Assembly (NCBI GenBank): GCA_945883745.1
Contig: CAMCYH010000005.1
Location: 1 to 49,853, forward strand
DNA: 49,853 nt
Origin: Candidatus Kuenenia stuttgartensis
GTDB lineage: Bacteria; Planctomycetota; Planctomycetia; Pirellulales; UBA1268
Direction of reading: 5' to 3'
Positions 31,470-41,292 of this stretch are shown one piece after another; position 1 is the first letter of the stretch, and each line of letters starts with the position of its first letter. The notes beneath the pieces were generated by a model. The model had not been told where the DNA came from and ran no database searches. It saw only the letters and a list, made by a program, of their open reading frames with translations. Position numbers and translations under genes: made by a program.

Positions 31470-32651
31470 TTACCAAAATTTGGGGGCGTTGGTAGTGCCG
31501 GCGCCCGCAGACATTTCGCGCAGTGCGTCGTAGGTGTTGGGCAGCGCCTTGGCCAGATCCCGGACAGCGCTGTTCAAACGCTGCTGGCTGTTCGACTGGG
31601 CGGCATTGAGAAACTCCACCCATTCCGGCTGCAGCAGGAGAGCCGTCTCGTGGTGCCGATTGATGTAGAACGGCTGGCCACGCTGGGAATTCGGCACATC
31701 CGAACTGCGGTCATTTTTCCAGAAACTCGAAGTCAACGTCATGATCGGAGCGGTCATGATCGCCCCGCCGAACGTAGGGCTGCCTGTGACCAATCCGAGC
31801 AGCACGCCTGCCGGCAGGCCAAACACGAACAGGCCACCGAGCTTTGCCTTTGAGCTCGTGCTCGGTGTGGTGAATTTGATGTCCCGCCGTTTCCGCCAGA
31901 TGATGGCGTAGACTTCGGCGATCTGCATGGATCGAAGGCGATAGTTGCATGTCACACCTCCGTCAACGAGCCAGTCGCTGAGCAAGGCGCACGAGATCTG
32001 GCTTTCCGGATATTCCTGGAACATCGTTTTCACGCAACTGCCATGCTTGCCGGGCATCGCTAGGGTGCGGTAATTCGTGTTGCCAGGGGACTCGAACTTC
32101 AGCCGCTTCGGCCCAAGCACTCCGAAGAAGACCTCGCTGTGGTTTTCCATCAGGATCTGGCAATACTCGAGAACGTTGCTCGGGATCGTCTTGAAATCAC
32201 CGATATCCGAAGCGAAGTCACGTTCGCCCCCCGGAACCGGGTCGATGGCGAAAATGCGGACTCTGAAATCCCGGAACTCCTTCTTGATCCTGTGGGCGAC
32301 CATGTGACACGTCACCGCGCCACGGGAGTGACCGATCAAATTGATCCGCTCGTTCGAACCGTGGTTTGCATGTTGACGCAAGGCGGCGATGGCGGCGGTC
32401 ACATTGCTCTCCCACCCCTGCCCGAGCGTGGTACCTGACCCGAGCTTCCCCATCTTGACCGGTTTGTCACGATTTTTGAACGTGAACAGATCACTAAATG
32501 AGCGGGTCATCGGCTTGCTGCCAGGCCCGTCGAAGATGAACTTTTTCTGATCCTGCATCCCTGGGTCGAGATTTTGGAAAAACCAGGGCAACAGTTGATC
32601 GGGCTCGTCACGGTGATGATCCGTGCCGATGAAATACATCGTGGTGGCCAT
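31470..32651 (-). CDS. Alpha/beta-hydrolase (GHSRG), Tle1/DUF2235-like, with a C-terminal hydrophobic hairpin
   Basis: FDGPGS, INLIGHSRGAVTC, IFAIDPVPG, MPGKH; visibly lower GC than the flanking genes. Confidence 0.6.
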   Translation of the reverse strand: MATTMYFIGTDHHRDEPDQLLPWFFQNLDPGMQDQKKFIFDGPGSKPMTRSFSDLFTFKNRDKPVKMGKLGSGTTLGQGWESNVTAAIAALRQHANHGSNERINLIGHSRGAVTCHMVAHRIKKEFRDFRVRIFAIDPVPGGERDFASDIGDFKTIPSNVLEYCQILMENHSEVFFGVLGPKRLKFESPGNTNYRTLAMPGKHGSCVKTMFQEYPESQISCALLSDWLVDGGVTCNYRLRSMQIAEVYAIIWRKRRDIKFTTPSTSSKAKLGGLFVFGLPAGVLLGLVTGSPTFGGAIMTAPIMTLTSSFWKNDRSSDVPNSQRGQPFYINRHHETALLLQPEWVEFLNAAQSNSQQRLNSAVRDLAKALPNTYDALREMSAGAGTTNAPKFW

Positions 32652-32853
32652 GATCCATGATTCCTGCGGCGCGGTGGATGACGGGATCGCGATTCGACAC
32701 CCGGGTCTGTGCCGCGGCGGCGACCGTGCTGAATCGCACCGTACTGCCCCCATCATGTTGATTTCTTCGTCGCCGTCCAGTGAATGGACGCAGCTACCGA
32801 CGCCAGCGGGACAGCTGACGAGCACGAAATTTGAGCCGCCAAAACAGGCAAGT

Positions 32854-32885
32854 GTTAGATTCTGGGGGGGGCGGGAGCACCTCTT
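32854..32885 (+). promoter_or_regulatory. Second copy of the candidate ECF promoter, upstream of DUF1559
   Basis: GTTAGATTC-N9-CGGGAGC-AC-CTCTT about 75 bp before ATG 32961. Confidence 0.55.
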
Positions 32886-32960
32886 TTTGGAGGGTCTTGT
32901 TCACGTCCTAGCCCGATCTTTTTATTCCCCCGATCCTTTCCTCCGTTTCCAAGGAACACC

Positions 32961-34049
32961 ATGAACCGTTCAAAACCGTCGAGTGGGTTTACGCTCGTGG
33001 AGCTTTTGGTCGTGATCGCCATCATTGGCGTGCTGGTCGGCCTGCTCCTGCCGGCCGTGCAGGCTGCCCGCGAGGCTGGCCGCCGGTCGGCCTGCCAAAA
33101 CAAGCTCAAGCAGATGGCACTCGCGATGCACAATTTCGAGTCGGCCCAAAAGGGGTTCCCATCCAACTACCAAGGCGGCGAGGTGGGCACACAGTGGGAA
33201 CCGTGGTACTGCCTCACCGCCACCTACATGATTCTTCCCTACATGGAGGAGGAGTCGCTCTATGTGCGGATGACAGCCGCTCGGTCCGACTCGAGCTTCG
33301 GGACGAACTTGCAAGCTCTGAGCCGCCGCAAGATGCCCGCCTTGACCTGCCCGTCGGACGAACCGCCGACAAGCCGCCCCGGTTCGTGGGGTGCGGCTCA
33401 TGATATTGCCTCGGTGAATTATGCATGGTCTTCCGGCAGTGGGCCGTACGGCTACAACTCCCGCGGAGCATTCAATGGGTTCATGCATGGGGAGAGGCGG
33501 GGGGCACTGTGGCCACTGGCACCGCGAACTGAATCCGCGCCGTCTTGGCCCGGCTTCACGATCAAGGATTTCACCGACGGCACGTCAAAAGTGATCATGG
33601 CTGCCGAGCAGCTGTCTGGATCGGGAAGCGGCGAAGCTGTGTTCCCAAGGAACATCGCGTTGCAGGCCAATAACAACGCGATCTCAGCCATTGTGAACAG
33701 GGACTTCGCCACACAGGCCGAGGTCGACGCGATTGCCGCGGCCCAGGCCTCGCCAACGGCGTGGGGTGGCAACAACGGCATGGCCTGGGGCTTCAACGGT
33801 GGCGGAGCGTCCATGATCAACATGACCGTGCCTCCAAACTGGAGCAGTCCATCGGGCGGCGGAGCATCCGGCCCGAGCCTGATGTACGACTGGACCTGGG
33901 GCGTCTTCCCCGCCCGCAGCCGCCATCCCGGCCTTGTCAATGCCGTCATGGTCGACGGGGCTACGGTGACACTCCGCGACGGGATCGATTTGCTTACGAT
34001 CCAACGACTTGGCAATCGCAAGGACGGCGGGGTCGTGACGTTGCCATGA
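32961..34049 (+). CDS. DUF1559 prepilin-type protein
   Basis: [15 protein letters not shown]...[18 protein letters not shown], and [15 protein letters not shown] (H-X9-DG). Confidence 0.95.
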   Translation: MNRSKPSSGFTLVELLVVIAIIGVLVGLLLPAVQAAREAGRRSACQNKLKQMALAMHNFESAQKGFPSNYQGGEVGTQWEPWYCLTATYMILPYMEEESLYVRMTAARSDSSFGTNLQALSRRKMPALTCPSDEPPTSRPGSWGAAHDIASVNYAWSSGSGPYGYNSRGAFNGFMHGERRGALWPLAPRTESAPSWPGFTIKDFTDGTSKVIMAAEQLSGSGSGEAVFPRNIALQANNNAISAIVNRDFATQAEVDAIAAAQASPTAWGGNNGMAWGFNGGGASMINMTVPPNWSSPSGGGASGPSLMYDWTWGVFPARSRHPGLVNAVMVDGATVTLRDGIDLLTIQRLGNRKDGGVVTLP

Positions 34050-34408
34050 TGAACTCGGGAGGATCGATGCGGCTATCATCAATCAGAAGGTACGGAATGG
34101 CGGGCTCGTCGTACGCGTTCGCGGCATTGAGCTGCGTAGTCCTGATGGCAGCGGGCTGTTCGCCGACTGTCAAGGATAAGGTGCTTCCGTTCACACCCGA
34201 CGCCGTCAACGAGGCGAAGTCCCTGCTCGCAAACTACGCTGCCGGGCAACCGGTCGGCAGTGAATCGGAGGGCTTTGATACCTTCGTGCGGCGAGTCGCC
34301 GACGTCGACCAGGCCAAGGCGGCGGAACTGCGGGCCTTCTTTGATGATGCCGTGGCAAAAGGTGTGGCAAACCGTGCCAAGGCCAAGGAATTGCTGGATC
34401 GCTGGTGA
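34046..34408 (+). CDS. Small lipoprotein partner of DUF1559
   Basis: ATGA overlap, lipobox-like AAGC; paralog of 16999-17343. Confidence 0.75.
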   Translation: MMNSGGSMRLSSIRRYGMAGSSYAFAALSCVVLMAAGCSPTVKDKVLPFTPDAVNEAKSLLANYAAGQPVGSESEGFDTFVRRVADVDQAKAAELRAFFDDAVAKGVANRAKAKELLDRW

Positions 34409-34479
34409 GATCCCGGCGGGCGGACGATACTATAATTGGTGGAACCCTTGCTGAGATCGTCCCAGGTTATTTGCGCAGC

Positions 34480-37335
34480 ATGGCATCTCTCCGCATGCCC
34501 AACACGACCCGGTCGACGCGGGCAATACTGGCGGCCGCCGCCGCCATCGTGCTCCCCGTGGGCGGCGGTCTCGCCACTGCAGAAAGCGGCTCGCGCGACG
34601 CCGAGGCCCTCTTTGAGTCGAAGGTGCGACCATTGCTCGTCGCCAAGTGTCAAGAGTGCCACGGGGCCACGATCGCCGAAGCCGGGCTGCGGCTCGACAG
34701 CCGTAAGGCCCTTCTCTTGGGAAGCGACGCCGGGGCGGTAGTCGTGCCGGGCGATGCGGGCAAAAGTAAACTCGTCGCCGTCGTGAAGCATGTTGACGAC
34801 CTCGCCATGCCCCCCGACACCAAACTCTCCGATCAGGAGATCGCCACGCTCGAGGCATGGGTCGCAGCCGGCGTGCCGTGGACCGGGCCCGGCGGCGATG
34901 ACGCCGGCCCAGCCTCCCGCGAAGAGGCGATGCAGGACCGTCTCCGCGAGTCGCTCGCCTCGCACTGGGCCTTCCAGCCCCCCGCGCGGCACCCTGCTCC
35001 CGATCTCTCCGCCATCACGTCGCTCGATCCTGCCGTCGCTGCCGCCTGGAATTCGGCGCCAATCGACCGCTTCATCGCCGCCGGCCTGGCCGACGTCAAT
35101 CGTGCCCCAGCCGCCGAGGCTGCTCCCCGCGACCTCTTCCGTCGGCTGCACTATGACCTCACCGGGCTGCCGCCCGCCGCCGCTGCCGCCGACGCCTTCG
35201 CAGCCGATCCCTCGGAGGCGGCCTATCGCGCTGCGGTCGATCGCCTGCTCGCCTCACGCGAGCATGCCGAGCACTGGGCCCGCCACTGGCTCGACCTCGC
35301 CCGCTATGCCGACACGATGGGCTATGCCTTCGCTGGCCAGTCGCCCCTCTATCCCTTCGCCTGGACCTACCGCGACTGGGTCGTGAAGTCGCTGCACGCT
35401 GACGTGCCCTACGACCGGTTTGTCACGCTGCAACTCGCCGCCGACAGAATCGAGCCGCCCGTGCCCCGCGAGGATCTCGCCGCCCTCGGCTTCCTCACCG
35501 TGGGCCGGACGTTCCTCGGCAACACACACGACATCATCGACGACCGTATCGATCTCGTCACCCGCGGTTTGCTTGGCCTCACTGTCGCCTGCGCCCGCTG
35601 CCACGATCACAAGTACGAGCCGATCTCCGCCGCCGATTATTACGCCCTTCACGGCGTCTTCGCGAGTTGTGAGATCCCTGGCCAACTCCCCGTGATCGGT
35701 GATCCGCCGCCAGGCCCTGATGCGGATGCGTTCGCCACAAAGCTTGCCGAATTGCAGGCCAAGGTGAGGGAGCATGAGGCAGCTGTGCACGAGCGGGCAG
35801 TTCGCGAGGCCGTCGCCCACGCGGCAGACTATTTTTTTGACACCGCCCGCCCGGCGCCGCGGCCCGATGGCCGACCGCCGCAGCTCGCCGACGGCTACGA
35901 GCTCGAGCAGCTGCTGATCGACCGGCTCAAGCGGCTCGTCGACAAGGCCAAGGCCGATCACCCTATCCTCGGCCCGTGGGTGGCGGTGAAAGGGCTGCCC
36001 GACGATCAGATCGCCACCGCGCTTGCAGCAATCACCGCGGCATCCGCTGCCACCGCGCCGCTCAATCCGCTCGTTGCCGCCGAACTCACCAGCACGAAGC
36101 CCACGACATTGCGGCAGGTGGCCGAGGTCTACGGACGGCTTGTTGCCCGCGTCGCTCCCGCTTCCGCAGGCGGCCCGGGGCCGAAGCCGGACGATCCAAC
36201 GGAACTCACTGCCCTGCGAACCCTCCTCGGCATCGAAGCCACCCCGTTCATCGTGCCACTGTCGGAGGCAATGCGGGTGGCCAAGCGGTCAGAAGGCGAG
36301 GAGCATCGTAAACGGCAGCAGGCGATCACAAAGCATCAGGCCGAAAGCCCGGGCGGCCCGCCGCGGGCAATGGTGCTCGCCGACAAACCGAAACCCATCG
36401 ACAGTCACGTCTTCTTGCGTGGCAACCCGGGGCGGCCGGGGCCAAAGACAGACCGCCGCCTACCGGAACTGCTCGGCGCCACGCCGCTCGATCGCGGCTC
36501 GAGCGGCCGGCTCGACCTTGCTCGCGCGATCGTCTCACCGACCAATCCACTTGCCGCCAGGGTCATCGTCAACTGGGTGTGGACGCATCACTTCGGCCAC
36601 GGTCTTGTCACGACGCCGGGCGATCTCGGCCTTCGCGGCGAGCCCCCTACCAACAAGGACCTGCTTGACGATCTTGCCTGTCGCTTCATCGACGACGGAA
36701 AGTGGAGCCTTCGCTGGCTGCACCGTGAAATCGTCCTCTCGCATACCTGGCGGCAGTCGGCCGCGATTCGCCCCGATCTTGCGACGCACGATCCAGACAA
36801 CCGTCTCTTCGGTCGGGCCGAGCGGCGTCGGCTCTCCTGGGAAGCCTGGCGGGACAGCCTGCTCGCCGCTGCCGGCACGCTCGATCCCGGCCGATCGGGC
36901 GGCCCCGGCATCGACCCGCTCGACACGAAGGCAATGAACTCCCGCACCATCTACTCGCGGCTCGATCGCCAAGACGTGCCGGGCCTGCTCCGTACGTTCG
37001 ACATCGCCAACCCCGACACGGCCGTGCATGTTCGCTCCCGCACGACCGTGCCCCAGCAGGGGCTCGCCGTGTTCAATGCGCCGCTCGTGGTCGAGTCGGC
37101 CAAGCGACTCGCCGCCCGCGCTGCCGCGGAGGCGGGTGACGATCCAGCCGACGATCAGCGGATCACCGCCCTGTGGCGCAACGCCCTCAGCCGCAGCCCG
37201 ACCGACGCCGAGCGCCCGCTCGCCCATTCATGGCTCGCCGCGGCCCGCGGCGAGCCGACGGTCGAGGGCTTTGGACCGTGGGAGCGGCTTGCTCAGGCCC
37301 TGCTCGGCACGGCAGAGTTTCAATTCATCGACTGA
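34480..37335 (+). CDS. Planctomycete cytochrome c / DUF1549 / DUF1553 (PSD1) protein
   Basis: CQECH, HWAFQPP, RRLHYDLTGLPP, WARHWLDLARYADT, CARCHDHKYEP, NPLAARVIVNWVW, EAWRDSLL. The start is uncertain. Confidence 0.92.
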   Translation: MASLRMPNTTRSTRAILAAAAAIVLPVGGGLATAESGSRDAEALFESKVRPLLVAKCQECHGATIAEAGLRLDSRKALLLGSDAGAVVVPGDAGKSKLVAVVKHVDDLAMPPDTKLSDQEIATLEAWVAAGVPWTGPGGDDAGPASREEAMQDRLRESLASHWAFQPPARHPAPDLSAITSLDPAVAAAWNSAPIDRFIAAGLADVNRAPAAEAAPRDLFRRLHYDLTGLPPAAAAADAFAADPSEAAYRAAVDRLLASREHAEHWARHWLDLARYADTMGYAFAGQSPLYPFAWTYRDWVVKSLHADVPYDRFVTLQLAADRIEPPVPREDLAALGFLTVGRTFLGNTHDIIDDRIDLVTRGLLGLTVACARCHDHKYEPISAADYYALHGVFASCEIPGQLPVIGDPPPGPDADAFATKLAELQAKVREHEAAVHERAVREAVAHAADYFFDTARPAPRPDGRPPQLADGYELEQLLIDRLKRLVDKAKADHPILGPWVAVKGLPDDQIATALAAITAASAATAPLNPLVAAELTSTKPTTLRQVAEVYGRLVARVAPASAGGPGPKPDDPTELTALRTLLGIEATPFIVPLSEAMRVAKRSEGEEHRKRQQAITKHQAESPGGPPRAMVLADKPKPIDSHVFLRGNPGRPGPKTDRRLPELLGATPLDRGSSGRLDLARAIVSPTNPLAARVIVNWVWTHHFGHGLVTTPGDLGLRGEPPTNKDLLDDLACRFIDDGKWSLRWLHREIVLSHTWRQSAAIRPDLATHDPDNRLFGRAERRRLSWEAWRDSLLAAAGTLDPGRSGGPGIDPLDTKAMNSRTIYSRLDRQDVPGLLRTFDIANPDTAVHVRSRTTVPQQGLAVFNAPLVVESAKRLAARAAAEAGDDPADDQRITALWRNALSRSPTDAERPLAHSWLAAARGEPTVEGFGPWERLAQALLGTAEFQFID

Positions 37336-37363
37336 CGTCTCGCACCCGACCTTCGCGGCAGCC

Positions 37364-38800
37364 ATGCACCACACCCCGGCCCCACTCTCCCGTCGCGACC
37401 TGCTCACCCGCTCAGGCCTGGGCCTCGGCTGGCTGGCGGCCGGGGGCATGCTCGACGCTGAGGCCCGGGCGGAAGCGTCCGTCGCAAGGAGCCCGGTCGT
37501 ACACTCGACGCTCGCTCCACGCTCCCCGCACTTCGCGGCCAAAGCCCGCGCGGTAATTCATATCTTCGCCAACGGCGGTCCGAGCCACCTCGATACGTTC
37601 GACCCGAAGCCGAAACTCGCTGAGTATGCCGGCCGGGAAATCCCCGGCGCCCTGAAGACCGAACGCCGCACGGGGGCCGCCTTCCCATCCCCCTTCGCCT
37701 TCAGTCGCCACGGCGAATCTGGCCTCGAAGTCAGCGAACTCTTTCCCGCGGTGGCCCGTCATGCCGACCGGTTGCTCGTCGTCCGGTCGATGCATGCCGA
37801 CGTGCCCAACCATGAGCCGTCGCTAATGCTCATGAACTGCGGTGACGCGCGGCTCGTGCGGCCGGCCGCCGGTGCCTGGGTGACCTACGGCCTCGGCACC
37901 GAAAACCAAAACCTTCCCGGCTTCGTGGCGATGTGCCCCGGTGGGTATCCGATCAAGGGCACCGAAAACTGGCGGAGCGCGTTTCTGCCGGGCGTCTTCC
38001 AGGGCACCTACGTCGACACCAAGAAAAAGAATGTCGAAGACCTCGTCGAGTATGTTCGACACCCGCTGCTGGCGGCGGACGTGCAGCGGCGGCAGGTCGA
38101 TCTCACCGCCGCCCTCGACCGGCAGCACCTCGCCACGCGGCAGCATGACCCCGCGCTCGAGGCCCGGCTGGCTTCGATGGAGCTCGCCTGGCGGATGCAA
38201 TTCGAGGCGAGCGAGGCCTTCGACGTGTCCCGCGAGCCGAAACACGTGCTCGACCGCTACGGCGACACGCCGCAGGGCCGCCAGATGCTCATCGCGCGGC
38301 GGCTTGTCGAGCGGGGCGTGCGGTATGTGCAGATCTGGCACGGCGAGGGCCAGCCGTGGGATAGCCATACCGACATCGAGAAGAATCACCGCCGGCTCGC
38401 CGGCGAAAGCGACCAGCCGATCGGCGCCCTGCTCGACGACCTCGTCGGCCTCGGACTGCTCGACTCCACGCTCGTGCTCTGGGGAGGCGAGTTCGGCCGC
38501 ACTCCTACGGTGGAGCTGCCCAACGACGCCGGCGTGAAGTCGCCCACCGGCCGCGACCACAACCATCATGGATTCACGGTCTGGCTTGCCGGCGGCGGCG
38601 TGAAGGGGGGCACGGTGCATGGCGCCACCGATGAATTCGGCTTCAAAGCCGTGGAGAAGCCGGTACACGTGCATGACCTTCAGGCCACAATGCTGCACCT
38701 CCTCGGGCTCGACCACACGCGGCTCACTTTCCGCCACAGCGGCCGGGACTTCCGGCTCACCGACGTCCACGGCAAGGTCGTCACCGACTGGCTCGCCTAA
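37364..38800 (+). CDS. DUF1501 domain protein
   Basis: Tat-like LSRRDLL, GGPSHLDTFDPKP, ARRLVERGVRYVQ, WDSH, WGGEFGRTP, GRDHN, HVHDLQAT. Confidence 0.93.
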   Translation: MHHTPAPLSRRDLLTRSGLGLGWLAAGGMLDAEARAEASVARSPVVHSTLAPRSPHFAAKARAVIHIFANGGPSHLDTFDPKPKLAEYAGREIPGALKTERRTGAAFPSPFAFSRHGESGLEVSELFPAVARHADRLLVVRSMHADVPNHEPSLMLMNCGDARLVRPAAGAWVTYGLGTENQNLPGFVAMCPGGYPIKGTENWRSAFLPGVFQGTYVDTKKKNVEDLVEYVRHPLLAADVQRRQVDLTAALDRQHLATRQHDPALEARLASMELAWRMQFEASEAFDVSREPKHVLDRYGDTPQGRQMLIARRLVERGVRYVQIWHGEGQPWDSHTDIEKNHRRLAGESDQPIGALLDDLVGLGLLDSTLVLWGGEFGRTPTVELPNDAGVKSPTGRDHNHHGFTVWLAGGGVKGGTVHGATDEFGFKAVEKPVHVHDLQATMLHLLGLDHTRLTFRHSGRDFRLTDVHGKVVTDWLA

Positions 38801-38874
38801 CGCCGGGCTGCGTAGACTCAAACGCCGGCGACAGAACGGCCGTTGGTCACGACCTGAATAAAAAATAGTTTTTC

Positions 38875-39279
38875 ATGGCGACTGAATCATTGCATCACGA
38901 CGCTTTCCAACAGGCACGCGACATCCTTCTGGGCCATCCCGCCGTGGAGGCAGCCTATCTGCTCGGGTCCGCTGCTGAGGGACGACTGCGGCGGGGCAGC
39001 GATATCGATATCGCCATGTTGCTGCGGCAGTCGACCGCTCTTTCCGTCGAGGACAGGCTCTCGCTGACGGCGGCCTTGGGCAGGATTTTTTGTCGCCCGA
39101 TCGATCTTGGCCTCCTTGGCACGAGGAACCTCGTCTATGCGAAGGAGGCGATCACCCGCGGACGGCTGATCGCCGAGCGCGACCGCGCCGTCACGGCGCG
39201 GTTCGCGATGCACGCGCTGTCGATGTACGCAGCCCTCCAGGAAGCCCGCCGGGAGGTGCTTCGTGCCTACGCCGCCTGA
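38875..39279 (+). CDS. mntA: MntA-type minimal nucleotidyltransferase antitoxin
   Basis: AYLLGSAAEGRLRRGSDIDIA (GS-x10-DxD); overlaps the HEPN gene. Confidence 0.88.
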   Translation: MATESLHHDAFQQARDILLGHPAVEAAYLLGSAAEGRLRRGSDIDIAMLLRQSTALSVEDRLSLTAALGRIFCRPIDLGLLGTRNLVYAKEAITRGRLIAERDRAVTARFAMHALSMYAALQEARREVLRAYAA

Positions 39280-39682
39280 CGACATTCTGCTCAACAAGGC
39301 CGCCGTCATCGAACGATGCATTCGCCGCATTCACGCTGAGGCTGCGGCCGCGCCACTTTTTGATGATTTCACCCATCTCGACGCTCTTACGCTCAACATT
39401 GAACGAGCCTGCCAGGCCGCGATCGACATGGCCATGCATATTGTTGCCGAGCGTCACCTGGGCGTGCCCCAGAGCATGGCCGATGCATTCGTGCTTCTGG
39501 AACGGGAGGGCATGATTGATCAGCGGTTGGCGGCGTCGCTGCAAGGCATGGTGGGCTTTCGCAATGTGGCGGTGCATCAATATGAGGAGATGGACCTAAG
39601 CGTGCTCCGCTGGGTCGTTGAGGCGGGGCATCGCGACTGGATCCTGCTGGGAGAGGCACTTGGCGTATCGATTCGCCCGTAA
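39263..39682 (+). CDS. hepT: HepT/DUF86 HEPN RNase toxin
   Basis: LNIERACQAAIDMA.H and MVGFRNVAVHQY (R-x4-H-x-Y). Confidence 0.9.
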   Translation: MPTPPDDILLNKAAVIERCIRRIHAEAAAAPLFDDFTHLDALTLNIERACQAAIDMAMHIVAERHLGVPQSMADAFVLLEREGMIDQRLAASLQGMVGFRNVAVHQYEEMDLSVLRWVVEAGHRDWILLGEALGVSIRP

Positions 39683-39717
39683 GTGCCATTGGCCGGACTA
39701 TCCTTTATCCTTTGCAT

Positions 39718-41253
39718 ATGGAGCAACGACACGTGTTGTGGAGATTCCTGGTAGCCACGGTTGTCGCGAGCGCAGCCTTGCCATGGTCGGCCAGCGCCGC
39801 CGAGCGCAACATCGTCGTCTTCATCACTGACGACGAGTCGCCCACCCTCGGCTGCTATGGCGACCCGGTTGCCGTCACCCCAGCGCTCGACGCTCTCGCG
39901 GCAGATGGCACGCTGTTTGAAAACGCCTTCGCCACCACGGCGAGTTGTTCGGCGAGCCGGTCGGTGATCCTGTCGGGCATCCACAATCATGCCAACGGCC
40001 AATACGGCCATCAGCACGACTTTCACAAGTTTGCCAGCTGGTATGACGTCGTCAGCCTGTCGCTGCCGCGGGCGCTGGCCCGGGCCGGCTACCGCACCGC
40101 CCGGATCGGCAAGTTTCACGTAGCCCCCGAAGAGGTCTATCACTTTGAGACGGCGCTCAAAGGGAATGAACGCAACGCCGTGCAGATGGCGGAAGCCTGC
40201 CGGCCGCTGATCGAGGCACCGAGCGACCAGCCCTTCTTTCTCTACTTCGCCACCAGCGATCCCCATCGGGGCGGCGGCCTGGATGAGGCATCGTCGCTCG
40301 AGCTCAAGCCCGATCTCTTCGGCAACAAGCCTGACCGTGGCAGCCATGGTGGTGTCACGGAAATCGTTTTCGATCCCGCAAACGTGCCCGTGCCAGCCTT
40401 CCTGCCCGACACGCCCGAGACCCGCAGCGAACTGGCCCACTACTACCAGTCGTGCGCCCGCATCGATCAGGGCCTCGCCCGGCTCGTGGCAATCCTCAAG
40501 GCGGCCGGCCTGTTCGACAAAACGCTGATCCTCTTCACGAGCGACCACGGCATGGCGTTTCCAGGGGGCAAGACCACGGTCTACGAGCCCGGTCTGCGAG
40601 TGCCGCTCGTCGTCCGTGACCCCTATGCCGCCGCGCGGGGGACACGGACAAAGAGTCTGGTCAGCCACACCGACATCACCCCATCGCTGCTCGATTTCGC
40701 GGGAGAACTCGACACGCTCCAGCAGCGGCCGAAGCGGTGGCTTGAGCCGCGGGACTACTGGAAGGACAAGCCGTATGCGAGCCGGGAAAACCACGGGCCC
40801 CGCGGCGGGCTGGCGGCCTACCACGGACGGTCCTGGCTCCCGCTCCTCGCCGACCCAACCATCGAGATTCGTGATGCCCACTTTGCCTCGCACACATTCC
40901 ACGAGATTCAGATGTACTACCCGATGCGGGCGGTGCGGGACCTCGAGTGGAAGCTGATCTGGAACATCGCCCACCCGCTCCCCTACCCCTTCGCGTCCGA
41001 CCTCTGGGCGGCAAGCACGTGGCAGGCGCAGTTTCGTCGGAGTCTCGATGCTCCCTATGGCCGCAAGACCGTGAACGACTACATCCACCGCCCTCGGTTT
41101 GAGCTGTACCACATCGCCAGCGATCCCGACGAGTCGCGGAATCTGGCTGCCGACCCGGCCCATGCCGCCACGCTGCTGCAGTACCAGGAAAAGCTGAAGG
41201 CTCTCCAGAAGGAGTTCGGCGACCCCTGGATCACCAAGTGGGACTACGAGTAG
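39718..41253 (+). CDS. Sulfatase (N-sulfoglucosamine sulfohydrolase-like)
   Basis: NIVVFITDD, CSASRS (C-x-A-x-R formylglycine motif), IGKFH, DPHR, FTSDHG..FP..KTTVYE, ELY....DPDE. Confidence 0.9.
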   Translation: MEQRHVLWRFLVATVVASAALPWSASAAERNIVVFITDDESPTLGCYGDPVAVTPALDALAADGTLFENAFATTASCSASRSVILSGIHNHANGQYGHQHDFHKFASWYDVVSLSLPRALARAGYRTARIGKFHVAPEEVYHFETALKGNERNAVQMAEACRPLIEAPSDQPFFLYFATSDPHRGGGLDEASSLELKPDLFGNKPDRGSHGGVTEIVFDPANVPVPAFLPDTPETRSELAHYYQSCARIDQGLARLVAILKAAGLFDKTLILFTSDHGMAFPGGKTTVYEPGLRVPLVVRDPYAAARGTRTKSLVSHTDITPSLLDFAGELDTLQQRPKRWLEPRDYWKDKPYASRENHGPRGGLAAYHGRSWLPLLADPTIEIRDAHFASHTFHEIQMYYPMRAVRDLEWKLIWNIAHPLPYPFASDLWAASTWQAQFRRSLDAPYGRKTVNDYIHRPRFELYHIASDPDESRNLAADPAHAATLLQYQEKLKALQKEFGDPWITKWDYE

Positions 41254-41292
41254 CCGGGCCGCTGTGGCCTTCGTTAGAGCGCGCCGCCTCGA

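Noticed and set aside
34431-34436. TATAAT upstream of the DUF1553 gene
   Set aside because: No matching -35 or extended -10 was seen, so the evidence is insufficient to call a promoter.
39577-41163. 528-aa minus-strand ORF
   Set aside because: Antisense shadow of the sulfatase.
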